Origin: Clostridia bacterium
GTDB lineage: Bacteria; Bacillota; Clostridia; UBA1212; DUPL01
Assembly: GCA_050951325.1 (NCBI GenBank)
Contig: JBMNIW010000010.1
Span: 1-47,712, forward strand
Direction: 5' to 3'
DNA: 47,712 nucleotides
A program made the position numbers and the translations under genes. Every line of letters starts with the position of its first letter. Position 1 is the first letter of the stretch. The notes beneath the pieces were generated by a model that saw only the letters and a list, made by a program, of their open reading frames with translations, did no database searches and was not told the DNA's origin. Of the stretch, positions 28,786 through 38,976 are shown piece by piece.

Positions 28786-31053
28786 TTATATCTTCACGTA
28801 TGCAAAGAATCTGTCGTGTATTTTCTTGACCTCATACTCTTTACCTGAAATATTTATGTTGCCATTGTCAAAGGGTCCCATTCTCAAATACTCAACAGGA
28901 ATGTCCTTGTCAAATACAGCCGTATAGTTCTTTGTGCCATCGGTGCCCTTGATAATGATCTTCGACTCGTCATCGGAATGAATGTTCCTGCCATAAGCAA
29001 AAGAGAACTTTTTGACAGTACCATCTTTTAAAGTAACAGGAAAATCCTTTGCTTCAAAGCCATCCCAGGTGTCTGGCAGTCTTGGGACAAGCCTGATTCC
29101 CTTGTTCTTGTCAATATCATCAATACCCACAACAAGCCTTGCACACTTTACGATTTCTGCCTGCTGCACCGCATTGCCAAGGTCGCAGTTTCTAAACCAG
29201 AACTGTTTAGAGCCATGCATGATAACGCCTTCAGGCACTATGTACTTGTTGTCAGTATGGTGATAGCACATCATCGTAGCAGCTTCCATACACTCGGTTA
29301 GCTCGTCAAACAAGTCAAGGGCAAGTGTTGAAAGGGTCAGATATCCCTGACCATAACCCATCTGTCTTCCTGATTCAGGAGCATAGAACACTTCCTTCTG
29401 CGCCATAAAGGTCCTGGTCATGATATCAAAAAGTTCAGAATCGTCATTAAACACATCGTAACCATTCAAGTCGCTCTGCAAAAACAGTTCCCCAAGCCTC
29501 TTGTACTCATATGTCCAGCAGTCATCCGTAGTATCTGTATACACTTTGCCATACCTAGGATGCTCCATAAGAAAATACTTCCTTGCACCCTCTTTTAGTA
29601 TCTTCGCCAATTTCCTCAAGCGCTTTGCATACTCAAAGTCTTCAATCTCATCAAAAAGGCGTGCATATCCTTCAATGGCAAGTATGGATATGATGTTTGA
29701 GAAAAGGTCGTATCCGCCATAAATCTGAGTTGAGGCTTCAGACTCTGAATAAAGGATGCCATTAAAGTTGGACTGTTCCGGATTTTCATACTGCCAGATA
29801 TAATAGTCGGCGGCATCCTTCAGCTCTTTCTTGTGCTCAACCAGCCATTTTCTATCAACCGCACCTTTGTTGTACAAGTTGTATATGAACAACATTATGG
29901 ATGCATGACCATCATTCTCTTTTCCTTCGTTGTGCAGGTCATTCTCATCCTTGGCCACCAGGTTGGCTATTCTCTTCCAATGGGGAATCTTGAATCTTAT
30001 GGAAGGATAGTAAAGAAGCTCATGCAATCTGTCTGCCGCCCTTCTTGCCCTGTCAAAATAGCCAAGATTTGTGATCTCTATGAGGGTTCTGCCTATGTCA
30101 CGGGTCCAGACATGGTCGAAATATGAGTTTTCAATGGTGTATGTGCCAAATCCAATATAGCAGCCATAGTTTGCAGTATTCCTTGAGGACGTGTGGGGCA
30201 TGCCGTCATCGGTTACCTTGTTGTATGCCATGTCCATTATGTTTTTCCTGTATACGTTGGTATATATGTCAGCAAGGCCGTTTCCTTTAAACACAATATC
30301 AGGTGCATCAAAGTTCTCAACATTTACAATCTCATCCCTCTCTGGCAATTCGTCTCTGAACTGATAAATTCTCCTTCTAAGTCTGTCAACCGGTTTATAG
30401 TAGTCTTTTCTAAGGAAAAATTCCTGAGAAACATAATCCCAGTCAGAACTTATTTCATAGCCTGACAAAAGTGCAGTAACACCGGATACAACAAAATCTG
30501 ATCTTTTAGCTTCTTCCTTACCGAAATCAATCTTTATAATCCTCTTCTCCGGACGCACCTTGTACGCAAACACCCATTTTGTTGCCTTTTCGCATGCTTC
30601 ATCCGTATTCTCCATAAGCCTCAATGATTCTTCAAGGATCTTTCTTGCTTCCGGATCACTTCTAAAAGGCTCATCGTAAGGAGCTGAAAAATGCATGATA
30701 TTCTCATGAGGCTTTGGTTTGAAAAACAGATTGTAGTTCCAGCAGTTGACGCCGAATATTACGGAAATCAGCTCCTCGGTTCTGTCATCATACAAAACCC
30801 TTATCCGACCTACCCTGTCTCCAAAGAAAAGCCTTGTGGAATAGTCATAATATACTTCCTGCTGTCCCCACCATTCACTGCACTGCCACGAATCAGTGGA
30901 CATGCCAAGGAAAAACAACATCTCGCATCTGGCATCAAAACCAATACTCGAAGGCAGTTTTGCAACAACACCATTTTCCCTCTTCACCGAAAAAGGAATA
31001 CCTCTTACCTCAAGCTTCTCGTTAAGACTCTCATTTTCATAAACATGAAACAT
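28786..31053 (-). CDS. Unclassified (alpha/alpha)6-barrel glycoside hydrolase-like protein, cytoplasmic
   Basis: VWTRDIG and ENDGH motifs plus a helical pattern typical of six-hairpin glycosidases. Start at 31053 after GGAGG. Family not assignable. Confidence 0.55.
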   Translation of the reverse strand: MFHVYENESLNEKLEVRGIPFSVKRENGVVAKLPSSIGFDARCEMLFFLGMSTDSWQCSEWWGQQEVYYDYSTRLFFGDRVGRIRVLYDDRTEELISVIFGVNCWNYNLFFKPKPHENIMHFSAPYDEPFRSDPEARKILEESLRLMENTDEACEKATKWVFAYKVRPEKRIIKIDFGKEEAKRSDFVVSGVTALLSGYEISSDWDYVSQEFFLRKDYYKPVDRLRRRIYQFRDELPERDEIVNVENFDAPDIVFKGNGLADIYTNVYRKNIMDMAYNKVTDDGMPHTSSRNTANYGCYIGFGTYTIENSYFDHVWTRDIGRTLIEITNLGYFDRARRAADRLHELLYYPSIRFKIPHWKRIANLVAKDENDLHNEGKENDGHASIMLFIYNLYNKGAVDRKWLVEHKKELKDAADYYIWQYENPEQSNFNGILYSESEASTQIYGGYDLFSNIISILAIEGYARLFDEIEDFEYAKRLRKLAKILKEGARKYFLMEHPRYGKVYTDTTDDCWTYEYKRLGELFLQSDLNGYDVFNDDSELFDIMTRTFMAQKEVFYAPESGRQMGYGQGYLTLSTLALDLFDELTECMEAATMMCYHHTDNKYIVPEGVIMHGSKQFWFRNCDLGNAVQQAEIVKCARLVVGIDDIDKNKGIRLVPRLPDTWDGFEAKDFPVTLKDGTVKKFSFAYGRNIHSDDESKIIIKGTDGTKNYTAVFDKDIPVEYLRMGPFDNGNINISGKEYEVKKIHDRFFAYVKI

Positions 31054-31070
31054 TGAATCAACCTCCATTT

Positions 31071-32570
31071 TTATTCATTATTGATTTTTACCTCTATTAC
31101 TTCACTTTCACCAAAACCGTTTCCAAGCTGCAGATACAATATATTACCCTCAAAGTCAAAGTCCGATATGTCTATCCAACTATTAATATTCAAGTAAGCC
31201 CACTCGGATTGTGACATATCGCTATTGGTTGAGATTCTGTATTTAGTAGGATAATCATCAAGAGGAACTTTTACCATATTCCCAACTACCTCAGCATCTT
31301 TGAGTTGAACTACAGTCTTCTCCCAATTATTCAAGTCATACAGATTCTCCCTTATATTATCAAAAATCAGGAAGCCAAAATCCTCATTGGGTTCAATATG
31401 AGTACTCTCATACAAACTCACACCTTCCTGAGGCTCATCCAACCACGCAATGGCATAATTGAATCTATTCACCAGCAATGCTTTTGGCTTTAACTCTTTT
31501 ACTTTCCATATTGTCCTTTCAAAGGTAGTTTTTCCGTCTATAACCTTGTTTAATGGGTCCCATTCAGTACCACTTTTATGTACAGATGCCCATGCAATCA
31601 TCTGTTCCGGCTTTTTATCTGGTCCTTTGGCATAATATGCCCTGTACAAGCCCTTGTCTGCATTGGCTTCGTCCATTTCATTCTCAACAAACAACCAGGT
31701 GCCGTAAGGAATTGCTACCTTGTCACCTTCAACAGTTCCAATGCTGCCCAGGTATCCGTTGCTCCATCTGATGTTAAACCTTTTGTCGGTAAACAAAGGT
31801 CCCTCTTCTGAAAACTTGCTCAATACACTATGGTCAGCAAATATTTGTATAAAAGGTTTTTGGGCATTCTGCGTACCATCATTAAAAGTGTACCAAACCT
31901 CCTTGTATTTTGAATAAAGTGCATATACATCATCCAGCACATCTCTTAGCTTGTCATAGTCTTCACCAAACAACCTTAGAACCAAATACACCTTTGGCGC
32001 ATCAAAATCATCACATTTTTGAGCCGTATCAAGCAGGACCTCGGTGTTGTCATACACACCTTTTGTGTATTTGAGCCAGCCTGCATCCTGGGCTGTCCTG
32101 TAGCTTGTGTAGTTGGTCCAGTCTGCTGCAATTACATTGCAGCCAAGAGCACTAATCCAATATAGATGCTGCCTTGCTGTCTCGGGTTTTCTCTGGTCGT
32201 AAAGACCAAGCAATGGAGTTGTGGTTCTAAAGCAGCCATTTAATTTTGGCATATCGGGGTGCTGTGGATTCAAGAACCACCAGCCTCTTTCGGGTCTGTC
32301 ATTTGACAAGGGACTGATATCAATGTCATACCACATAATCATATCCATTTTTCTTGTCTCCTCCGTTCTATGACTCAAAACATAATCATTTTCCGTATCA
32401 TCCGTAGTTTGTAAATAAACAATGCCTGCTGCGGTAATAATAAATACCACTATACATACAGGAGCCAATATTTTAAAAACCTTTCCCAGCTCCTTTCTTT
32501 TAGCCAATAAAACTACAATCATTGCCAATAAACTAAAAGCAAATATGTACAAGGCTATACTCAAACCCAT
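31071..32570 (-). CDS. N-terminally membrane-anchored GH99-like protein
   Basis: Two N-terminal TMs. MWY, PLLGLYDQ...ARQHLYW...G.NVIAADW and STHIEP motifs. Confidence 0.6.
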   Translation of the reverse strand: MGLSIALYIFAFSLLAMIVVLLAKRKELGKVFKILAPVCIVVFIITAAGIVYLQTTDDTENDYVLSHRTEETRKMDMIMWYDIDISPLSNDRPERGWWFLNPQHPDMPKLNGCFRTTTPLLGLYDQRKPETARQHLYWISALGCNVIAADWTNYTSYRTAQDAGWLKYTKGVYDNTEVLLDTAQKCDDFDAPKVYLVLRLFGEDYDKLRDVLDDVYALYSKYKEVWYTFNDGTQNAQKPFIQIFADHSVLSKFSEEGPLFTDKRFNIRWSNGYLGSIGTVEGDKVAIPYGTWLFVENEMDEANADKGLYRAYYAKGPDKKPEQMIAWASVHKSGTEWDPLNKVIDGKTTFERTIWKVKELKPKALLVNRFNYAIAWLDEPQEGVSLYESTHIEPNEDFGFLIFDNIRENLYDLNNWEKTVVQLKDAEVVGNMVKVPLDDYPTKYRISTNSDMSQSEWAYLNINSWIDISDFDFEGNILYLQLGNGFGESEVIEVKINNE

Positions 32571-32674
32571 TTCAAACCTCCATCACATCATATGAGTTGC
32601 TACAATTATCCCACTAAACATAAATAAGCAAAATGCACAATCCATACATTAATATACACAAAATGAATTTATGA

Positions 32675-32876
32675 TATTATTTAAATACATATGAAATACT
32701 TCAAAAGATTGAAGTTGAGGAAACTACAACACCCGATCCAACTAATACCCCTGAACAGACAGATACTCCTATCCCAAGCAAGGATACTGATTCAGATTCT
32801 GCTGATAATAATAGTATTTATTACGTGTAGTTATTTCAAATTATCATATCTGTCAATTTTTATTTTACTTTTTTAA
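32675..32876 (+). pseudogene. Orphan C-terminal remnant (P/T linker plus degraded TM) of a surface protein
   Basis: The frame from 32702 reads QKIEVEETTTPDPTNTPEQTDTPIPSKDTDSDSADNNSIYYV*. It has no start codon and is followed by hydrophobic, frameshifted sequence. Confidence 0.5.
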
Positions 32877-32914
32877 AATTCTATTTAAATATACTTTAAA
32901 AATTCAAAACAGTA

Positions 32915-32943
32915 TTGACAATTGGGAATGGAAATAATAGAAT
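32915..32943 (+). promoter_or_regulatory. Sigma-A promoter
   Basis: TTGACA, 17-nt spacer, TAGAAT, upstream of an AGGAGG RBS and the ATG at 32974. Confidence 0.75.
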
Positions 32944-32973
32944 ACAAAGGAAATATAAAGAGGAGGTCTTCTT

Positions 32974-33378
32974 ATGTATTGTACTAATTGCGGGCAAGAA
33001 ATGCAGGAAAACCAAGCGGTTTGTTTAGGATGCGGAGTTCAGAAGAGAACTTCTAGAAATTACTGTGAAAACTGTGGTGCGCAGACCAATCCCAATGCTG
33101 TTGTTTGCACAAATTGTGGAGTTTCACTTCAGGGAGGAGCTGTAAATAACGCCGCACCAGGTGCTTACCTGAACGGACAGGACAAAACACTAATGGCAAT
33201 TATTTGTTTCTTCCTGGGTGGATTAGGTATACATAACTTCATGATGGGCGAAACAAAGAAAGGAATATTCAAGATTGCAATGTCTTTCGTATGCGGTATC
33301 AGTGCTATCTTTGCATTAATTGATTTTATTAAGATTCTCACCAACTCATACGTTGTTGACCCAGACAAACTAATCTAG
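32974..33378 (+). CDS. TM2-domain membrane protein with double zinc ribbon
   Basis: Four CxxCG motifs and FFLGGLGIHNFMMG..KKG (TM2). Confidence 0.9.
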   Translation: MYCTNCGQEMQENQAVCLGCGVQKRTSRNYCENCGAQTNPNAVVCTNCGVSLQGGAVNNAAPGAYLNGQDKTLMAIICFFLGGLGIHNFMMGETKKGIFKIAMSFVCGISAIFALIDFIKILTNSYVVDPDKLI

Positions 33379-33478
33379 TCTAGCCTTGAAAGATATGAGT
33401 GAAGATGACTTAAACCATTACATTCTAATGAATGCAATGGTTTTATTTTTTTGTGCTATAATTCCCTTGGGTGATAAT

Positions 33479-34657
33479 ATGATAAAGATAGACAAAACCT
33501 TCTTTAATACGAAGACAGATAGAAAGAAAACAAATTCGGTAAAGCATGATATGAAACCCAAAGGAAAGGTTCCGGACAACCTTATCCCTATGTGGGTTGC
33601 GGATATGGACTTCAAAGTTCCTCCTCAAGTGGAAGAGGAGCTAGTCAAGACATCAAGGCATGGAATATTTGGTTACTCATATACCGATGAGGAGTATGAC
33701 TCATTGGTTGTATCCTGGTATAAAACACGATTTGGCTGGGATATAGAACCGGATTGGATCCTTAAAACTCCAGGTGTGATGTTTGCCATCGGAAGTGTAA
33801 TACGTGCGCTGACAGACAAAAACGACAGTGTAATGATTCTCGAACCCGTATACTACCCCTTTGCAAAAATCACTATAGGAAACGACAGAAACCTCGTCAT
33901 TTCCAACCTGAAACTAGATAATAACCGGTATGTTATAGATTTTGAAGACTTTGAACACAAGGTTGTAAAACATAAGGCAAAGCTACTTCTTCTTTGTTCA
34001 CCCCACAATCCGGTTGGTCGTGTATGGACAAAAGAGGAGCTACTTGAGATTGCCAGAATATGTTTAAAATATGGAGTAATCATAGTTTCGGATGAGATAC
34101 ACTCCGACTTTGTGTACAAAGGATACCGCCACATTCCAATAGCTTCACTGTCGGAAGAAATTTTAAACAGTACAATAACCTGTACCTCGCCTTCGAAGAC
34201 TTTCAATATTGCAGGCCTGCAGGTTTCCAACATAGTTATTGAAAACCAGGATCTTAGAAGAAAGGTATGGAAGGCATGCCTTCAAACAGGCTATTCTTCT
34301 TTAAACACCATGGCCATATGTGCCACAAAGGCCGCATACAAGTACGGCCATTTATGGCTGGATGCACTGATGGACTATCTTGAGGATAACGTCAACCTTG
34401 TACAAAATGTACTGTGTAGTAAAAGCGGAATTACACTAATCAGACCTGAGGCTACTTATCTCATGTGGCTTGATTGCAGAAACATGAACCTTGACCAGGA
34501 TAATCTCGATTCCTTTTTTATTAGCAAGCTTGGGTTGTGGCTCAGCAGCGGAAGCATCTTTGGAGAAAGTGGAAATGGTTTTATGCGCATGAATATTGCA
34601 ACCCAAAGGAGCGTTCTTCATGAGGCCTTGCACAGAATAGACATGGAAATTCAGTAA
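33479..34657 (+). CDS. patB: MalY/PatB-family PLP enzyme (cystathionine beta-lyase)
   Basis: PMWVADMDF, CSPHNPVGRVW, SDEIHSD, SPSKTFN and FMRMN motifs. Confidence 0.9.
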   Translation: MIKIDKTFFNTKTDRKKTNSVKHDMKPKGKVPDNLIPMWVADMDFKVPPQVEEELVKTSRHGIFGYSYTDEEYDSLVVSWYKTRFGWDIEPDWILKTPGVMFAIGSVIRALTDKNDSVMILEPVYYPFAKITIGNDRNLVISNLKLDNNRYVIDFEDFEHKVVKHKAKLLLLCSPHNPVGRVWTKEELLEIARICLKYGVIIVSDEIHSDFVYKGYRHIPIASLSEEILNSTITCTSPSKTFNIAGLQVSNIVIENQDLRRKVWKACLQTGYSSLNTMAICATKAAYKYGHLWLDALMDYLEDNVNLVQNVLCSKSGITLIRPEATYLMWLDCRNMNLDQDNLDSFFISKLGLWLSSGSIFGESGNGFMRMNIATQRSVLHEALHRIDMEIQ

Positions 34658-34725
34658 ATAGCTTTACTGACATTTAACAAAATAGATAAATTAATGCACA
34701 AAACCGACCTTCATCTCATCTTTTA

Positions 34726-34754
34726 TTGTATTCAATTCCGTTTGTATGTAGAAT
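34726..34754 (+). promoter_or_regulatory. Sigma-A promoter for AraC
   Basis: TTGTAT, 17-nt spacer, TAGAAT. Confidence 0.55.
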
Positions 34755-34790
34755 ATATTCAGTTGATTGGCTCTTTTGGAGGTGAATATT

Positions 34791-35597
34791 ATGCTTAAAA
34801 TTAACTACGTAGGCAGACTATTTGAGAACACTTTTAAGGTTGAAAAACACACCCACTCTACCTGGGAAGTTGTTTACTACACCTCTGGAAAGGGTTATGT
34901 TGAAATTGGAGGAGAAAAAATTCCTTTTGCAGAAAACGACATTTTTGTTATTCCTCCCAACATACCCCATACGGACTATGCCAAGGACGGTTTTCGAAAC
35001 TATCATTACAATCTCTCTGAATTTGAGTATAACCGCACCGGTTATATTAAATTTAGAGATGATGAAAACAAAAACTTTTTGAGAATGATAACACAGCTGC
35101 ACTATGAGTTCCATTTAAGAAGGAATAATTGGACAAACATAGTTAACAGCATATGTGACGTTTTAACTCAATATATGATATCTTTTACCGAGAGCTTCAA
35201 CAAGAACGAATATGTTGAAAAGGTTATCAATGATATAATTTATAACTTTTCAGACCCGGATTTTGATATTAATGAAGCCTTGGACAAGACTCATCTAAAC
35301 AAGGATTATTTCAGGCGTTTGTTTGTAAAGCATACTGGAAAGACACCACTCCAGTTCCTCACCTTAAAACGCATAACCTTTGCAAAACAGCTTTTGTCTA
35401 CTCAAAAGCAAACAGACATGCAAATATGCGAAATTGCATGGAGATGCGGTTTTTCCAACTGCTACTATTTTTCCAGGGTATTCAAGAAGGAAACAGGAAT
35501 GAGCCCAAAGGCTTGGGCAGACAGCTATGCTAACGAAAAAAATATTGATACAGAGCACAATGAGCCCATTCCAACCAGGTATTTTACGCCACAATAG
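34791..35597 (+). CDS. AraC-family regulator
   Basis: HTHSTWE...IPPNIPH cupin and IAWRCGFSNCYYFSRVFKKETGMSP. Start at the ATG at 34791 after GGAGG. Confidence 0.92.
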   Translation: MLKINYVGRLFENTFKVEKHTHSTWEVVYYTSGKGYVEIGGEKIPFAENDIFVIPPNIPHTDYAKDGFRNYHYNLSEFEYNRTGYIKFRDDENKNFLRMITQLHYEFHLRRNNWTNIVNSICDVLTQYMISFTESFNKNEYVEKVINDIIYNFSDPDFDINEALDKTHLNKDYFRRLFVKHTGKTPLQFLTLKRITFAKQLLSTQKQTDMQICEIAWRCGFSNCYYFSRVFKKETGMSPKAWADSYANEKNIDTEHNEPIPTRYFTPQ

Positions 35598-35600
35598 TGT

Positions 35601-38600
35601 TTAAAACAGATTTATTGCATATATGCCGGCACCGATATCAGCATTATTGGCTATAAATCTAATCTCCTTCAGGTCGCTTGCCTTGCCTGTGTCTATTTCA
35701 ATCATATTAAACACAGTATTACATACCTCTACAGCCTTGTATTTACACCAGTAATCTCTTTCCGGATAGATATGAGGTCTGGTATTTGGATAGTCTCCAT
35801 CTTCGGTAGTATAAGGCATGCCTGGTACGGCACCCCTTTTTGTGCCATTTACGTAGGTGGCAAATCCTGCTATTACGTTATTGCCGAATCCCATGTCTAT
35901 CTCTCCAGGAAACGCCAGCTCTTTTACATACATAGGTCTGATAAAAGAATCCTTCTTTTCAATCTCCAGCTCTACCGTAAAGGGTACTCCAAACACATTA
36001 TGGTTGTCTATGAAAGCACTGAAAAGAACATACACCTTTCTTGCCTTCATGCCTTTAAGAGGTATTCTCACAATTCTGTGTTTGTCAAAACTAAGAGGAA
36101 TGAATCCTCCAGAAAGCTTGAAGGGTACACCTTCAATAACTTCCACCTTATCCACTGTTTCAAACAAATCTTTCATAAAGTTGTCTGGTCCCTGCATCAT
36201 ATGACCGTGGGATTGGAACAAGCCAATTTCCCTCCAGTATTGCATGGGTTTAATCATTTCCATGTCAAGTTCAACATTCCTTATGTCTGCCTTGACATCA
36301 GCAAATACTTCAATATCCGCAACTTTGTCTCCCACAATTATTCTTGCATTGTTCATGCCAGGTGCCATATCACCTTTGACGCTTTTCACATCAAACACAA
36401 GTTGTTTCACACTTCTTGCCGCCACATGACACTCTGTGTCAAAGGCCTTGCAGAACAGGACAAGCTTTGCATTTCCAGACAGAGCCTTGTTCATGTTGTT
36501 GTATAAATCTACATAAACCCTGCCCTCTTCATATGTTGCACTAAATATTACATCCTTCATAAGTACAAGTTTGACAGGAAGATCAAATACAATATCGTCC
36601 TTTTTAACTTTAAGGACAAATACTCTTCTCGCAAAATTCATGAGGCCAAAATATCCAAATTTCTCGTAGTTATCCAACAAAGTGTCTTTTACAGTGAGTT
36701 TCAGACCTTTCCTGCCAAACTGTACATTGCTGAAAATTCCACACCTGTCATCAATGCCCAGTATCTCCAATCCTGAAACACTAATATCAAAGATATCTCC
36801 CACAGCAATATTTTTGGGGCTGTTTATGCTGTAGTCTATTTTTCTATACTCTATTTCAACCAGAAACTCCCTCTCATTCCCCATTTCGAAGGAAGCTTCG
36901 AAGAATCCACAACGCCTTCTTGTTGACACTTCCGCTTCCCTGCCATTAACAATGGCCTTAATGTTTTCATATGGAGGCAGCAGTATCCTGAATACCTTGC
37001 TTGTGTCATTTTCAATTTTGGCATTGACAACAAATTTGCCATCCTTTCTTTCGTAAACCAAATGGATGTTTGGAAGCTTGAGTTCTGCCTTGTCCCAACT
37101 CTCTGGCATGCACGGAGATATGAATGTCTTGTTTTCTATTAAATTCATGTTGATTCCGAATACGGACTCAATTATCTCCTGAGCCCACACTGCTGCCGAA
37201 GGTGAAAAGTAGGCAAATCTTTTTTCATTGGCAGTCTCAGGCCATGATCCTCTTTGGAAATCTCCGCATACTCTTTTTGCAATAAACTCCAGCGGCTTTA
37301 TAGCGCTGTCAGCCATACCCAGCTTGCTGTATGCTTTAGTAGCAAAAGGCTGCATGTTTGAACCGCACTGCATTCCCCAGGTGGGCACCCAGTGGTATGC
37401 ATGGTCGCCAAAGTGGTTGGTCTGATAAACCTCTCCTTCAGGACCTGTAAGCCTGTATTCCAAATGATCAATGGAGGAAACCATATCAAAGTCATCAAGC
37501 TGGTCGTGCATGATTGGATAGATGATGCCGTGATAGGTGGTTTCAAGATACTTTTTACCTACAACATCCTCATACCAGGCGTATCTTCCCAAATCATCAA
37601 GCCATATAGTTTTCTTCATCTTCTCAATAACATATTCAGATAATCTCCGATACTTGTCAGCTTCCTCTGTTTTACCCAACAGCCCTTTTACAACCGCCAT
37701 CGTCTTCAGCATCTCGGCACCGCAACTGCCAGGAGCAGCTCCCTTTCCAGGAGTTGATTCAAAGTCCTCCTGATTTCCAATCTGTGTACCCCAACCTATA
37801 ATGCCGCTGTAGGTTGGATCATACTCATCAAAGGTCTGTTTAATCACCCTGTCCATATAGGGTTCGACCTCGCATGCAAAATCCATATCCAGAGTCATTT
37901 TCAGGTAGTGTTCCACTTCCCTGAAGAAAAACTGGTTGTTGCCGCCCCAGTCCCTTCTGCCTTTTCCTGTGGTGCACATATCGGGAATGGCTCCATTTTC
38001 AAACATGTTCTTCATCTGGGCTCTAAGAACAATTTTGGTTCTTTCAGGCCTTCCGTACCATTCCTCCGCTGCTGTATGCTCCATGTGCCACATGGTTGGC
38101 CAGTGATGGATGCTTTCGATCCATCCATATGGATAAAGATATGAGTATTCCACATTCAAAAGGGCATGCGCAAAGGCTTCATCCAGTTCAGGATTTGGTG
38201 TCTTTATGTATATGTTGTTTAAGAGATCTGCATAGTAATCCTGCACCTTCTTGAATTCTTCGTCAGGATCCAGTCTTGACAGCTCAAGGGCCCTATCCTT
38301 GTCTTTTGAGAAGGAAACAATGACTTTCAGCTCATTGGAAGCACCCTTCCCAACAATGTAGCTGCCTTCGCCCTTTAACTTTCTTTCATACTCCATATTA
38401 CCTCTCACACAGGTAATTTCATCCCTCTCCTGCCTGGTTATTACCACCACACCATCTTCGATTACCGCATTGCCCTTTTCGCAGTCAATCTCAGGCCCCA
38501 TCATGTCCTTGTTGGGTGAAAAATGCATAAACGATATGTTGCCATTGCCAAACTTTAGCCATACCTTTTTGTCACCATGGCACTTGACCTTAATAACGCA

Positions 38601-38954
38601 GGCACCTTCAGCTTTTTCCGTGTCCCTGCCGACAAGAAGAGGATAAATGCCTGTTTCAACCCTTACGCCGTCTTTTGTATGGCATGTTCCAAACAATCCT
38701 CCAGGCACGTTGTCGCAGGTGGTTGAATCATCACATTCATCATAAGTCAGCCATACAGGATTGTCTTCACCAATACCCACAACAAACTTTGCCAGTATCA
38801 AATGGTTGGCACCCCTGTGCTCATTGCTGTCAAAGGTCATGTAAGCCATATTGGGATATGCCTGCCTCATAAATACAACGCTTCTTTGAAAGGCACTCGC
38901 CCTTTCATCAAGCAAATCCAATGAAGGTGTTACATTGTCTGAAATTCTAGCCAC
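35601..38954 (-). CDS. Large unclassified six-hairpin glycosidase-like protein (1117 aa)
   Basis: IKTPNPELD.AF, a W/H/E-rich helical core and ISPCMPESW resemble GH63/GH65/GH94/GH116-type folds. No signal peptide; family not assignable. Confidence 0.55.
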   Translation of the reverse strand: MARISDNVTPSLDLLDERASAFQRSVVFMRQAYPNMAYMTFDSNEHRGANHLILAKFVVGIGEDNPVWLTYDECDDSTTCDNVPGGLFGTCHTKDGVRVETGIYPLLVGRDTEKAEGACVIKVKCHGDKKVWLKFGNGNISFMHFSPNKDMMGPEIDCEKGNAVIEDGVVVITRQERDEITCVRGNMEYERKLKGEGSYIVGKGASNELKVIVSFSKDKDRALELSRLDPDEEFKKVQDYYADLLNNIYIKTPNPELDEAFAHALLNVEYSYLYPYGWIESIHHWPTMWHMEHTAAEEWYGRPERTKIVLRAQMKNMFENGAIPDMCTTGKGRRDWGGNNQFFFREVEHYLKMTLDMDFACEVEPYMDRVIKQTFDEYDPTYSGIIGWGTQIGNQEDFESTPGKGAAPGSCGAEMLKTMAVVKGLLGKTEEADKYRRLSEYVIEKMKKTIWLDDLGRYAWYEDVVGKKYLETTYHGIIYPIMHDQLDDFDMVSSIDHLEYRLTGPEGEVYQTNHFGDHAYHWVPTWGMQCGSNMQPFATKAYSKLGMADSAIKPLEFIAKRVCGDFQRGSWPETANEKRFAYFSPSAAVWAQEIIESVFGINMNLIENKTFISPCMPESWDKAELKLPNIHLVYERKDGKFVVNAKIENDTSKVFRILLPPYENIKAIVNGREAEVSTRRRCGFFEASFEMGNEREFLVEIEYRKIDYSINSPKNIAVGDIFDISVSGLEILGIDDRCGIFSNVQFGRKGLKLTVKDTLLDNYEKFGYFGLMNFARRVFVLKVKKDDIVFDLPVKLVLMKDVIFSATYEEGRVYVDLYNNMNKALSGNAKLVLFCKAFDTECHVAARSVKQLVFDVKSVKGDMAPGMNNARIIVGDKVADIEVFADVKADIRNVELDMEMIKPMQYWREIGLFQSHGHMMQGPDNFMKDLFETVDKVEVIEGVPFKLSGGFIPLSFDKHRIVRIPLKGMKARKVYVLFSAFIDNHNVFGVPFTVELEIEKKDSFIRPMYVKELAFPGEIDMGFGNNVIAGFATYVNGTKRGAVPGMPYTTEDGDYPNTRPHIYPERDYWCKYKAVEVCNTVFNMIEIDTGKASDLKEIRFIANNADIGAGIYAINLF

Positions 38955-38976
38955 TGTTAATCTCCTTTACAAATAT

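Noticed and set aside
32691-32876. 61-aa membrane peptide ORF
   Set aside because: It has no RBS, and another frame gives a more convincing linker remnant.
32974-34657. TM2 protein and PatB as part of the glycan system
   Set aside because: They have their own sigma-A-type promoters, no clear operator copy, and ordinary family functions.
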